DNA from: Octopus sinensis
Taxonomy: Eukaryota
NCBI RefSeq assembly: GCF_006345805.1
Contig: NC_043008.1
Location: 73,470,001 to 73,534,000, forward strand
Length of the DNA: 64,000 nt
Direction of reading: 5' to 3'
The position numbers and the translations under genes are program-made. Positions 23,471 through 36,554 of the stretch are shown here, piece by piece (position 1 is the first letter of the stretch; each line of letters starts with the position of its first letter). A model generated the notes under the pieces. It ran no database searches, was not told the origin of the DNA, and worked only from the letters and a program-made list of their open reading frames with translations.

Positions 23471-25248
23471 ACTCAATGAACAACTTTAAGGGCTGCATCC
23501 ATCGTAAATATATTTCAAGTCATGGTTTATAATATAACAGTAGGAACTTCAACCAAAGGTGGTTGCATCCAACAAATTTGTTAATAAAATAAGATCTAGT
23601 TGTAATAGGCAGTGGAATAAATAAAGAGTCCTCTTCCTTGTGATGTAAAGTGGCTTTGATTAACTTCACTTTGTTTACAACAACTCTGTTATTTTCCATT
23701 CTGACAGCATACTTGACGTTTGTCGCAAGTATTGGCGCTGATTTCTTTGTATAGAGTAAATAATTTTAGTATTCGATCCAAGCCCTATTAATATTTATGT
23801 TGCTTCTCTAGTTATCTTCTATAAAAACTCAATTCACCAGCAGCAGTTCGTTAAAAAGTTTCATATTTTCCCGATATTTTTTCTGTTTCTTTGATAATAT
23901 ATTATTGTTCACGAAGTGAGCAATTGCCTCGAAAGGTAAGGAACTCGTATATTTGCTTTAGGAGTGAATGTGGAGTTTCTCTCTAGCTTTCACTTAGATC
24001 TTCACTTTGGTTTGTTTTCTAGTTCAGTGATTGCTATTAAGTTAAGTATTGCCCGGATACTTCAGGTAGAAATTGAGAACTTCGCAAATTCTTGCACCTT
24101 TCATTTGCTTATAGTTGTTGGTGTAATACTGATTTTCTTATCAGTTAGTTTGGGCCAAATCTGTGATCTTGTTATATAGTTTTCTTCTCTCCTATCTGAT
24201 TCATTATGCTTTGTTTTACATTAAATGTTTTGTTACACACTGTCCCCTCAATATGCTTGAATTATCTTTATGTTCATAAGTCTTTCAGAGTTGCTTTATG
24301 TCGTTAATATCCCAGTAGAAATTTGATATTTCCTTCAAATATATTATTTTTTTATTTTATACTTTAAGCGAAGCTCGAGAAAGGAGTACCAATAAAATAC
24401 TGAGGTCTACACAATCAATGATACTTTCATATAAATTCTTTGGTCTTGTACATACGTGAAAAATATTATATTATTTTATATTTTCCATGAAGGAAAGCAC
24501 ATTTACTGCACCATTCTTTGTTGAGTATTATAAATTTAAAATTATATAACATACTCTTCATTGCCAAAGAAAATAAAAACCAAACAAAAGAAAAAGAAAG
24601 AGAAACAAGAACAATGTATCTGTAAATATTCTAATTTGATAACACTCTCTTCTTTTAAGGTTTTGACATCACAAAGCAACATTATACCTAACATAAATCA
24701 GATATTACTAAAATGTTACTATACTTTATCTCATATTAGAATCACTGGTGGGATTATTATGGTGATGTATATAGCAAAATAATAGAATTTTCGAGAAAAT
24801 GTAGCTTCAGAAAACTATGTTCTGCTATATCTAATTCTATATTTGCTATTAAAGCAATTATTTGGTATGTAAGTTCTGGGAATATTTCGGAAAAGTTCCA
24901 AAACGAAAAGACATCCACTGTTCATTGCAGATGAAATTATCGTTTTAAGTAATGGCAATTAAATACACATTTTCATATATTTATGTTTTAAATATCAGGA
25001 TATCGCTGATACACATACTTGCACACATACATACATACATACATACATACATACATACATACATACATACATACATAATACATACATACATACATACATA
25101 CATAATGTATATACGTGTATGTGTACTCGTCTATACACTTGCACACAAAATAAAAATAATATCATGGACAAATACATAGGTATGCACATGTGTGTAAATA
25201 TATATATATATATATGTATATGTATATATATATATAATATATATATAT

Positions 25249-25313
<65 letters not shown>

Positions 25314-27729
25314 GAGAGAGAGAGAGAGATGTATATATTCAGATTCGGCTGATAAAATTGATATAATGTCTTTCTTCTTACGACTATACAGAATTTTAAA
25401 TCAATTAGCGAAAGTGTGGTATAAGCTACCAGGTCATATTTATACACGAGTGATAGCTAAGCACATATTTAGCAGCCGGTTATTCAAAGAATTATCTGAA
25501 ACTTGGCAGTTTGACCGCAATTCGTCCAGCGCCAAATATCCAGAATCTTACGGAATTCCAGAGAGAAATGTTGAACTATTACTAGAGAAATCTGATGATC
25601 CATACCATTCCTTTTAGGCTCTAGGAATAGACTTAAGGCCGAGAATTTTAATCTCCTGTAGTTAACTTATTTAGCGGGAAATCCAGACCATTAGTGCCTA
25701 TAAATAATCTCTAGCTTGGGTCTGGTATATATGAGTGCTCCCAACCTTTAATGGAGTAGAAATAAAAGGCAAAAATGTGTTTTAAAGTCTCATCCAATGA
25801 GCCGTTAAAACTAAAGAGATAGGAAATGTTACGAATGGAAATGACCAATGTTAATGATTTTGTACATGCAAATGGAACGGAAGAGATGGTAAAGTGGTTA
25901 TATCGTGACGAATGGTCAGAAATATCTCGGTCAAAACATAAAGAACTTGCATAAAATGTCAGATGGAGAATTCCTTTTAGTGAATGACCTAGGCTTGATC
26001 ATCATTACTGTTGATGACGCTAACATAGTTTCTGATCATGCTAACAATGCAACACAAACGATGTTTTGTTCTTTTCTATATTGCTTACTCCAGGGAGAAA
26101 TGGCTGCATCTATGGCTATAGTTTTTCGATGTCTTCAACACTAGGACAGATAAGATGCAATTATCACCAATCTGAAAGATCAGGATCCCATTTTTGTAAC
26201 ATAATGCATCTTTTTGAAGGCACTTGGCCGACAAACGAAGACAACTAGCCTTAAGTTCAGAGCACAAAGAACTTGAATAAATACCGGTGGGTATCATGTC
26301 AAACGTACCAACTACTCTGATATTTCGGTGCTTAAGAAACATTTATTGCTTGAAGTAGGGAGCTAATAGCCAGTATCACACTGATAGCAAAATATACGCA
26401 TGGAGAAAACCAAGTAGAGATAAAATAATTCAGTTACTAGTGATATAGCAGGGGAATTATTGCAGTGTAATTACCAATGATATTTTATAACTATTTCAAT
26501 TATTTTTTAGAATTATTTCCGAAAAAATTATTGTAAACCAATATGAAGATAAATATATTTCCAACTCCCGTGTTGCGGAGTGCAATTCAATCGCTTGTCA
26601 ATATTTACTGTAGTCAATCAGCTATTGGTCAGGTATTGTTGATGTATCAGGAGACTAACTAGTAGTACCTATAGCTCTCATATATTTCACATTTGCAGGC
26701 CTGGAGCAAGTCAAATAGATACAATCAAATATTGAACCTGAATCGCTCATTTACACAGATCACTTCTTTGATCATGCGTCGTAGCTATGGCGCTCACTAA
26801 ACCAATAACATCGAATTATAATTTAGTTAGTTGCATTTGTAAAGTGAATAATAATCTCATACAAAGTATGTGTAAAGGAAGCAGGTGGTTTTTAAACCTG
26901 CTTATCACATTTCTGCCATTTTTTGGCATCAAGAATTCCCGATCATTCTATTTTGTATGGAAAAAGTTTTCATCCCATGACTCCAATATTCTGTGTTGGA
27001 TTATTTCCAAGTAAACATCTATAGCGATATAGTGATTGCTCTTTTCATTTATTTTTAGATCAGTGTTTTTTAAAGAAACAATTTTATATTTTTACTTGAC
27101 TCCACTTGGTGTATCTCATATATCAGCTTTTACAAGAATCCAACACATCATTTGATTATATATATTTTTTTCAGTCATTGAATAAGTTGGATGTGCAACC
27201 TAGCACGACTATTAACATTATGTGCTGGCCATTACTTCTACATTGCTAACAATGCCTCATATATCTTCTGTCATATCAGAGGAAACACAAAAGTACTTGT
27301 TTTTAGACGTGTGGTATTGCTTTCCACTTTGGTAGATGTTTCTTTGAAATACTCGCTGATAAGTAAAAGTAAAATTTAAATATATATATCATTGATATGA
27401 ATCATATTTTGATATACGATGTTAATACTTCAAAATTTCAATTTAGTCAGAATCTGGAAAACATATCTATTTTCATTTTGTGTATGATGTAGTAAAGTTG
27501 CTATTTCTGTTCTAATTATTGTATTCCTATTATGTGATAGCAGATTCTCGAGCCAAGTTTTTTGCTGTGTTTTAGAACAGAACACTTAATTCTATATTGC
27601 CTCATCTCACTTAACTTTCTAGATGCAGTACACGACCATTTGGAACCACCAGAAGACTTGTTTTCAGTTCAAGAGGAGATTTATTTAAAAACTACTTAAC
27701 GTAATGAAATCCTGGAGTTAAATCCAACC

Positions 27730-27995
27730 CCTTAAAAGACTGATGACCGAAGAAATTTATACAAGATAGTTTCCTCCTTAAAAGCCTGTGGCAGCTGAAG
27801 AGACAAAGGGATTTGTACCACTTAGGATACCCATTGCTAGATTGACAGCTAAACGTAGGCAGAAATGTGTACAACATAGTTTCCTCTTTAAAAGATTTTG
27901 ATAATTGAAGATACAATGAATTTGCTTTCCATGGGTTATCCCTTAAAAACTATGACAACTGAAGAGGCGAACTGATTCGACAAAGAGATTTGTAT
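27730..27995 (+). repeat. Decayed irregular tandem repeat, each unit with CYTTAAAA then YTGAWGA
   Basis: Cores at 27740, 27795, 27905 and 27959; shared atagtttcctc and gacaaag.gatttgta blocks. Confidence 0.5.
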
Positions 27996-29605
27996 CTGAT
28001 AGCTAATTTTAAAAAAAGTGTTCGTGTGAAGATAGAAATAAGAAAAAGTTGCTGTTCAATTATTACATACTCTTGCCGATCCAATAAAAGAAGGATTTTG
28101 GTTGAGGACCGTATTATATTCTGTTTGTTTATATTTCGAATTGAACTCAGAACTACAATCTAATATTTGCAGCATATATCAACGAGCTAAACTAAGGTTG
28201 TTCTGTAACTGCTCTTTTAGTATCTTTTTGCTGCGTGACAGAGTGGTGAAGCAAGTGTTAAACTACTCGATTACGGAAACTGTTCTGAATACGAACTATC
28301 CAAGCTCTTAAGTTGATAATCTGAAGATCAACCACCCCACCTTTCCACAAAGTACATTAAGACGTGGGATGAATTGCAGTAGACCAATTAAAGGGTGATT
28401 AATTCTTTCTGCAAAGAATTTATATAGGTAAAGAAATTGCGGTAATATTTTGTCATGTGATTGATATTGGTCAAAGTCACAGATCATCGTTAACTATTAT
28501 TTTCTCTTCGCTCTGTTAAATTTGGATATTAGATAGTTGCCATCCAGTTTTTCCTAGCAAGAAATTATATCAATTTGCATTTATCTCTGACCAGAAATGG
28601 TAAATTATGCTTCTTTCTTTCATAAAATATAATTGATCTGCTTACCACACCACTAACTTGCATAATATAACAACACATCAAAAAGACATCTGAATTTGAT
28701 AAATATGAAATTAAAAGATACAGTAATTGTATTAAAGAATACAATGGATACCAAAAGGTGTGTTAAGAAATATATAAAAGGTCACGACATCTTTAACAAA
28801 TGTTTAGTTTTACTGGTTTCAGCCAGGAGCCGTGGCCGCAACGCCATATTTATACAACATATTCCTAAAACTATAAAATAAATTTTAAAAGACTTAATGA
28901 AATGTAATCGAAACATTTAATACATTTTAAAATAGTAAACGTAACAACTTTTTGTTCTTTTCCTATTGAAATAATCTTTGTTTTTAATGAATATCGATTC
29001 TAGTTTGTATTCGGATTTTGTTTGAAGACTCATCAAAAATTTTATGTATTTAGAATTTCAAACATGAAATCTTTCAATAAAATTATTGAAAACAAATTCA
29101 TTCGAAATGTTGGTCCTTGATTAAAAATACTAAGACAATGACAATTCCTGATTACGCACATAAATATATTGATGTTTCTTGATTAAACACTTCGATGTAT
29201 TGATATTCATTGATTAGATGCCTATGAGCACTTGTAATCTATAGTTAATGATATGGTGGATATATCTTATGATTGAACACATCTGCAGAAATATTCCTTG
29301 ATTGCATATATATGCAAGGATCTGATTACGTAACAGTGAGCAATATTATAATAATAACATCAATACCACCTGAGTTGCAGGACCTAAGATATAGGCGCAA
29401 CCATTGCTTTTACTGAGCCAGACCAAAGAATTCCCGATCCACTAATCGTAAAATCTTACAATTTTACACACTCGTGCACTCACGCAAACGCACGTACACA
29501 CACATGCCCGCCCAAACAAACACACACTATCACACGGTAATGCTACATTTTCTACTTGATCAAGCATATTAAATTCATGTGACATTCGATGGTTTAGTGT
29601 CATTA

Positions 29606-29840
<235 letters not shown>

Positions 29841-29910
29841 ATTTACTTTTCTATATATCAATTTCTTTCTATCTCTCCCCCCCCTCTCTCTCTCTCTATA
29901 TATATATATA

Positions 29911-30142
29911 TGCTGGTGGGGCTATGTGGTAAAATGCTTGCTTCTCTACAACATGATTCTGAGTTCAGTCCCATTGTATTACACCTTCAGCAAGTGTCTT
30001 CTACTATAACATCGGGTCGACTAAAAACTCTGGAGTGGATTTCTAAACGGAAACTGAAAGAAGCTTGTCGTTGGTGTATATATATATGTATATATATATA
30101 AGATATATACATACATATACGTATACGTACACACACACACAC

Positions 30143-30189
<47 letters not shown>

Positions 30190-30458
30190 TACATATATAT
30201 ATCTGCATGTGTGTGTGTACATATATTCATTTATTTATGTGTGTGTGCATGTGTGTATGTCTGCCGCTTGAAACAGGTGATGGTTTATTCACGTATTTAC
30301 AACTAGCAGTTCGACAAGATTTCTGATAGAATAGTTAAATGCCAGATTAAAAAATTTAAGAACCGGGGCCAATTTATTCGGCTAAAATTCGTCAAGACGG
30401 TACTCCAGCATAGCCGCAGTCAAATGACTGAAGCAGGTAGAAGAGAAATGATAAAAGA
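29911..30458 (+). mobile_element. SINE family A with expanded internal microsatellite
   Basis: Head ggggctatgtggtaaaatgcttgc...gagttcagtccc; internal TA/CA/TACA run about 30075-30255; tail gacggtactccagcatagccgcagtcaaatgactgaa. Confidence 0.8.
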
Positions 30459-30579
30459 TACATATTTAGCTTTTCTATTTGGTTAGCAAGTTTCATGATG
30501 TGAATTCGTGTGTTGAGACAAATCTTGTGTTTTTTGAAGGGTCATTACGCGAATAATAATTGACACACGCACTGGTCCA

Positions 30580-30785
30580 ATAACAACTTTTTAATTGTTA
30601 GTCAATCAGTTAAATATCTAGCCAATTCACTTATAGATGAAGAAAGAGGATATATCATTGATGAGGTTGTGAATAATGACGAAAGAAATTTCACAAACAA
30701 CCGATCCATTCTTTTGTCAAGACATTAAACAAACGTTATTTGGATATATGCTCAACTGATTGACTAACAATAAAGAAGTGATTTT
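30580..30785. mobile_element. Small inverted-repeat (MITE-like) element
   Basis: Perfect 18-bp IR attgttagtcaatcagtt (30594-30611) / aactgattgactaacaat (30754-30771) with imperfect extensions; no TSD resolved. Confidence 0.45.
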
Positions 30786-30895
30786 GAACTAGAGCGTGTG
30801 TATATTATTACCAGCGTTGTTAAACACAATACTAAACTATAAATATATACGCATATATACAATGAGAAGTGTGTGTGTATATATATATATTATAT

Positions 30896-30966
<71 letters not shown>

Positions 30967-31977
30967 TATACACTCAATATTATATTATTACTGAAATAAA
31001 TTTACTTTAAATGTTTTGCAATATCCAGTAATAGATATACATATTTCCACATATTTCCTAAAATAAATTGTGAGATGATTCAGTTTTAAAGTAAAACACT
31101 TTCAGAAGAGAGCTTCTACAAGATAGACTTCAGATAAAACAATGTAATTTAAGTGAAATTGTCGTCAGAGATTTTCTATATTATTATTACTTGTAATTAT
31201 TCTTTATCTTTGTTTATTTCTAAACCACCAGTTGACTTAACAGTACTCAATTATCATTATCTTTTTCCTATTCAATAAAGCAAGCAGCTTTCTAATTGAT
31301 GTAAATTAGCTTTCTCGTTAACATTCTTCGTCAAAATTAAACATTCAAAGAAACCGAGAGCAGACAAAAGATTTGGCACACAAAATACTTTTAAAATGAG
31401 CAATATAAGAACAATTTTAGAATCATTTTTTCATGTATCACGGGGTCTTATTAGCTGTAATTCTACACCAAAATGTAAAATTCGCAAAGTGCTGAAATTT
31501 ACATAATTTTGCATCTTTAGAAATCAAGAACTATTATTTTAAGACTCTATAGACATAGAATACAATTAAACTAAATACTGAAAAAGTTTTCCTGCATAAA
31601 TTAACAGACAATCTATATTTACCATTTTTGGAATCCCTGACGGCTCCTATTTTGTTGTGGCAGAGATCATAGAGAACTGTATCGGATATATATTTTCTCT
31701 CCTTTTGTTTGTAGTGAAGTTTTGAGAATTGTAACGTCTTTAGGAACTTATTTTGGTTATCAGAAGTATCCACAGTAAACATCCTTCCGAATCACCTCCC
31801 TCCATAACGTTCAAAGACAACCTTCACAATGGAACTGATAACGAAATCGTAATTACTAGTAATCAAAGAAGCCTCTCAGCAGTCCTTGAACCTTGTACTT
31901 TACATGGGAGCCAAATTTGTATCGAAACAAAATCTAACACAGTTCTATATTGAAGAGATGAGGAATTATGTACAGTT

Positions 31978-32161
31978 TTTACATTGTTGACATTTGACGG
32001 ATATTTGTCCTCATCTTGTTTGTTGCTAACACGTTTTGGCTGATATACCCTCCAGACTTTGTCAGGTGTCTTGGGGAAATTTCGAACCTGGGTTCTCATT
32101 CCGAAGTTATTTTTCGATGCTATTTTTATTGTTATTATTATTATTATTATTAATATCATTA

Positions 32162-32224
<63 letters not shown>

Positions 32225-32259
32225 CATTATTATTATTATTACTATTATCATTCAGGTCA
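31978..32259 (-). mobile_element. Inverted copy of the AAT-plus-HHR-tail element (degenerate HHR)
   Basis: 31978-32121 is a diverged reverse complement of 33692-33840, followed by (TAT)n and ttcaggtca (reverse complement of tgacctgaa at 32306-32314). Confidence 0.8.
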
Positions 32260-32316
32260 AGAGAGCGGGGTACTAACCCTTGATTCCGAGTTCGATTCCA
32301 GGCAGTGACCTGAAAC

Positions 32317-32353
<37 letters not shown>

Positions 32354-32366
32354 TAATAATAATAAT

Positions 32367-33633
32367 ACACCACCCAAAATCTGACATAGAAAGGCTATAT
32401 ATACAACGTATAGGAGGTGGTAGAGGCCTTATACAGCTGGAAAACTATTATAAATCAACTACCATAGGACTGCAAAAATACCTATTTCAGAAGCAAGGAA
32501 AACTAATATAAATAGCCACAAAACACGAGCAAAACAAAAATTTGCTCTCAGTATTTAAAGAAGCTGACAATTACGAACAAGAAATCATACTACATAACAA
32601 ATATGAAGAAGAAGAAGAAGAAGAAGAAGAAGAAGAAGGAGGAGGAGAAGAAGAAGAAGAAGAAGAAGAAGAAGAAGAAGAAGAAGAAGAAGAAGAAAAC
32701 ACAACAAAAGCTATAAAACAAATGAAATCCAAACTAAAACTAGATTATCAACGGACCATTATAAAACGAAGGCAAGAAAAGCCCCTTCATGGCAATTACC
32801 GGGCTAAACTAAATGCAAACGAAATAGACAGAGAAAAATCCCAGCAATGGTGGAGAAGCTCAGGATTCAAAGCAGAGGCTGAAGGATTTTTAATTGCAGC
32901 ACAAGAGCAAAGCCTACTCACCAGAAATTACCAAAAACATGTAATGAAAACAAACATAACAAGTAACTGCAGAATATGTGGATGGACAACAATCAATAAA
33001 TCATATCATCTCTGGCTGCCCAGTCCTGGCTAAAAAGGAATATATTCACAGACACGACAGAGTTGGGACCTACATACACAGGAATCTATGCCAACACTAT
33101 GGAATAACAACAGAAAATTGATGGTATAGGCACAAGCCATAAAAGGTCACAGGAAACGAGAAAGCAACCATACTCTGGGATATGCCAATACACAGAGATA
33201 GAGAAATTACGGCCAATAGGCCAGATATAGTTGTCAGAGTTCATCAAGAGGAAAAAGCTTTCTAATTGATGTATCAATCAATACCAGCATCTGACAATGT
33301 GTCTCTAAAAGAAATGGAGAAACTTTCAAAATACAAAGACCTGGAAATAGAGGTAACTCGAATGTGGAATCTAAAAACAGAAACAATTCCTATCATAGTA
33401 GGCGCATTAAGTATGATAAAAAAAATATTCAGACAAATACATAACAAAAACACCAGAACTTACAAATATATATAACATTCAGAAAATTGCACTACTGGGT
33501 ACTGCACACATCCTACGCAAAACACTTTCAACACAGTAACCATAAGAACATCACAGCAAACCACAACACATACCCAAGGCACACAGATCTGCGCTCGGTA
33601 GTGAAATGAAAGCACGCTATAAAAATAAAACTA

Positions 33634-33637
<4 letters not shown>
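32367..33637 (+). mobile_element. R4/Dong LINE, 5'-truncated, inserted in (AAT)n
   Basis: HPKSDIERLY..GGRGLIQLE; LHGNY; EAEGFLIAAQEQSL..CRICG; RPDIVV..LIDVS; EKLSKYKDLEIE; (AAT)n on both sides (32317-32366, 33638-33693). Confidence 0.9.
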
Positions 33638-33694
<57 letters not shown>

Positions 33695-33744
33695 GCATCG
33701 AAAAATACCTTAGGGATGAAAACCCAGGTTTGAAATTACCCCAA

Positions 33745-33790
33745 GAAACCTGACGAAGGCTGGAGGGTACATCAGCCGAAACGTTGTTTT
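33745..33790 (+). ncRNA. Minimal type I HHR motif (GUU site)
   Basis: Stem I GAAAC/GTTTT, core CTGACGA 33750-33756, stem II GGCTG/CAGCC, GAAA 33778-33781, palindromic AACGTT. Confidence 0.6.
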
Positions 33791-34392
33791 AACAACAAAT
33801 AAGATAAGGACAAATATCCGTCAAATGTAAATAATGTAAATACTAACACATTATAACAATATGATATCCATGTACGCTGCGCTTCAAAATGGCAACAGAG
33901 TTGTCAAGTTCTGAGCCTTTCTTTTAATGGCTTCATTATGTGGCTACAACGATAAGATCTACTCCTATCCCCATTGCATTAATTTTACAAAACTCTGGAT
34001 CAGATAATATCGTAGTTGCCATCACCCTTACTTGCTGCTTTTGCAAACACTATCGTCTGCAACCGCAATGTTTACTTGTGTTTAAATCTAATGTTTTATG
34101 TAAAATGCTGTATATTATCAATGTGGTGCTAGTGGATATATATAAAAGAAATATCTTGAGTATAAATATTAATTCTTTTCTATAATGTCTGTGAGACGCT
34201 TGGTCATTCATGTTGTATGATTCAGCAAAGATATCAACCCTCTCTATATCCAATCAAAGAATACAGGCAGAGCTATGAGGAGTAGTACGCATTCTAAGGT
34301 TATCAGTGATGAACTTTCTTCCGAGACTGAATTCTTCAGTTCCGTTATAGTCCGTATAGATACAAGGAAACACACTCATTTTGACCCAATAG

Positions 34393-35417
34393 GATTTTTT
34401 CTAGCAAAATATTTGAATATAGAAGTTTATCATAAAAATGCCTGCATTATGAACCTGTCATGGTTTGTTAATTGCGATAAATCTTCTCCTGGGGTCCAGT
34501 AAGACTCTCAGTAGGTGAGGAAGAGTAGAAATAACTGATTAAATGTCTGCACTGCAGTTCCATTCCTTCTATTTCAAAGTACAACTGTGTCGAGAATGTG
34601 TTTGCGATATACTTCGAAATCACATTTAAGTTTGGATAGAAATTAGCCTAGCGATTTTTAAAAATCGCTACAGGATATTTTAGCATGTGGGGTGTGGGGT
34701 AATGTACTCAGCCTTTTATTTACATTCTGAAAGCTCGTTACATCGTGTTTGCATTTATACTGAGTTTTTAGTATGGTTTAAAAAACTTTATGTGTCATAA
34801 TTTGGAATAGTTATTGTACATTCTTTCTTTATCACCAAGTATTTGGACATTAGGATATCCTTATGTTGATAGTGAAGGTGAGTGGGGAAGGTAATTGCGT
34901 TATAAGGTCAGATCCAGAATTTTTAATACCCTAATATTTGGAGTGAGGTGCTATTGTATTTTGCCTCTACAAATCATTAGTATATAAAAAGTTATATAAG
35001 CTTTTCCATGATTTTAACCATTGATATTTACAAACGTCAGTTCTTTCAGAATCTATAGTGCATCCATCAGATCAAGGGAATTAAAACCTTTACATACCTG
35101 TCTTATCCCGTCAGTAAACTAAAGGGTCACGTATCGAAACGTACTCGAAATTTGCAGAACAATATGCTTCACAACTGATTGTTGTTGCGTATATGTGTGC
35201 ACACACACACACACACACACGCGCGCGTGCACACACACAGTCATGCATATATACGTGTGTTTTAGAGATGGGGAATAGATAGATATACAAACTTTCACGC
35301 AAACATATACAGACGCGCACATGTATACATATAACGTATCAAACAAATTTGCATACGTTTAGAAGCAGGCATTTTTATGATAAACTTCTATATTCAAATA
35401 TTTTGCTAGAAAAAATC
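34393..35417. repeat. Perfect 53-bp inverted repeats about 920 bp apart
   Basis: gattttttctagcaaaatatttgaatatagaagtttatcataaaaatgcctgc (34393-34445) and its exact reverse complement (35365-35417). Confidence 0.85.
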
Positions 35418-36342
35418 TCTCTTTGGGCTCATTGAAAGAACACAGAATAAACTACACAGCACATAGTTGTCTATTAGGTAAAACAAGTTAAATATATATC
35501 TCGCCCCAAGATAAATAGTTGTTTTTTGATATAACAGGAGAACCGCCTTGAGGTCAGCATAATGTCTTGCGAAATGTGGTGCCATGAGTAATGTAGAGTT
35601 GTGCTGTAGTAGTAGTAGTAGTAGTAGTGGCGGTGGTGGTGTTGGGTGTTATAGTGATGGTGGTAACGGCTGCAGTAATAGTATTTGTACGACGACCTTT
35701 AAATTGAGTGTATAACAATAGACGGCTAAGTAAAGTAATTTCGTGTCCTGCTATCGTCCAACAGCGTAACTTGTTCCACCACAAAATAATGCATGAAGAG
35801 TCATCCGTGCAAGAAACACGGATTTACAGTTTTATAATACCCATTCCATTTAGAACAAGATGTCAGAAGTGTTGATACCCACCAGCTACATGTATGAAAG
35901 ATACAGAATATCGGTTGGATAAACTGGAAAACCAGTACTTTAGAAATAAACTGACTTGCAATATTTGCTTTAACTGAGTTAAGGACACACTCTTGTCAAG
36001 TTCACCGCAAGAAATTGATTGATCAGAAAGAATACTGTGGCTAACACTCTAAACTTTAAAGTAACAACGTTTTTGTTCACAAATTGCAATAAAATGTTAT
36101 TTTATTTAACTATAGTTACCTGCAGGAAATATTCATAACCGGTGGTTATCTGTGTGAAGTGCTTGTAAGCTGAGATTAGATGCATGGAGGACTGATAACT
36201 CATGATAATATTTAGACAAAGTTGGCAGTTAGTGCTTACATAATGAGAGGGTTGTAATCAAGTAGTGATATCTATGAAATGCTATCAGCCAGTGGTGATA
36301 ACTATAAGAGTTGATAAACCAAAAGCACTACCATGAAATATT

Positions 36343-36554
36343 GGTTTCAAATTTTGGCACAAGGCCAGCAATTTTTAGGGTGGGGCTAAGTCGATTCGAT
36401 CGACTCCAGTACTCAGTTGTTACTTATTTTATCGACTCCCAAAGGATGAAAGATTAGGTCAACTCCGGCTACATTTGCACTCAAATCCTAAAAACTGACG
36501 AAATGCCACTAAGTGTTTCCCACAGAGTGCTAATGATTCTGCCTGCTCGCCACC
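36343..36554 (-). mobile_element. SINE family B, diverged
   Basis: ggtttcaaattttggcacaaggccagc...cttattttatcgactcccaaaggatgaaag...atgattctgcctgctcgccacc. Confidence 0.8.

Larger units (their letters stand above)
32260..33840 (+). mobile_element. tRNA-headed SINE-like element: head 32260-32314, (AAT)n interrupted by a Dong LINE, HHR-bearing tail 33692-33840
   Basis: Anticodon-arm-like ggggtactaaccc and B box GAGTTCGATTCC (32288-32299); tail has GAAAC-CTGACGA-A-GGCTG...CAGCC-GAAACGTT-GTTTT. Confidence 0.65.

Noticed and set aside
25360-27380. Non-repetitive stretch that might hold exons or an old transposase
   Set aside because: No recognisable motif in the frames examined.
32260-32314. Possible tRNA gene
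   Set aside because: It lacks the 5' acceptor and A-box portion, so it is treated as a SINE head.
35740-35860. Possible second mariner fragment (FHH..NA-like)
   Set aside because: Only one weak motif.
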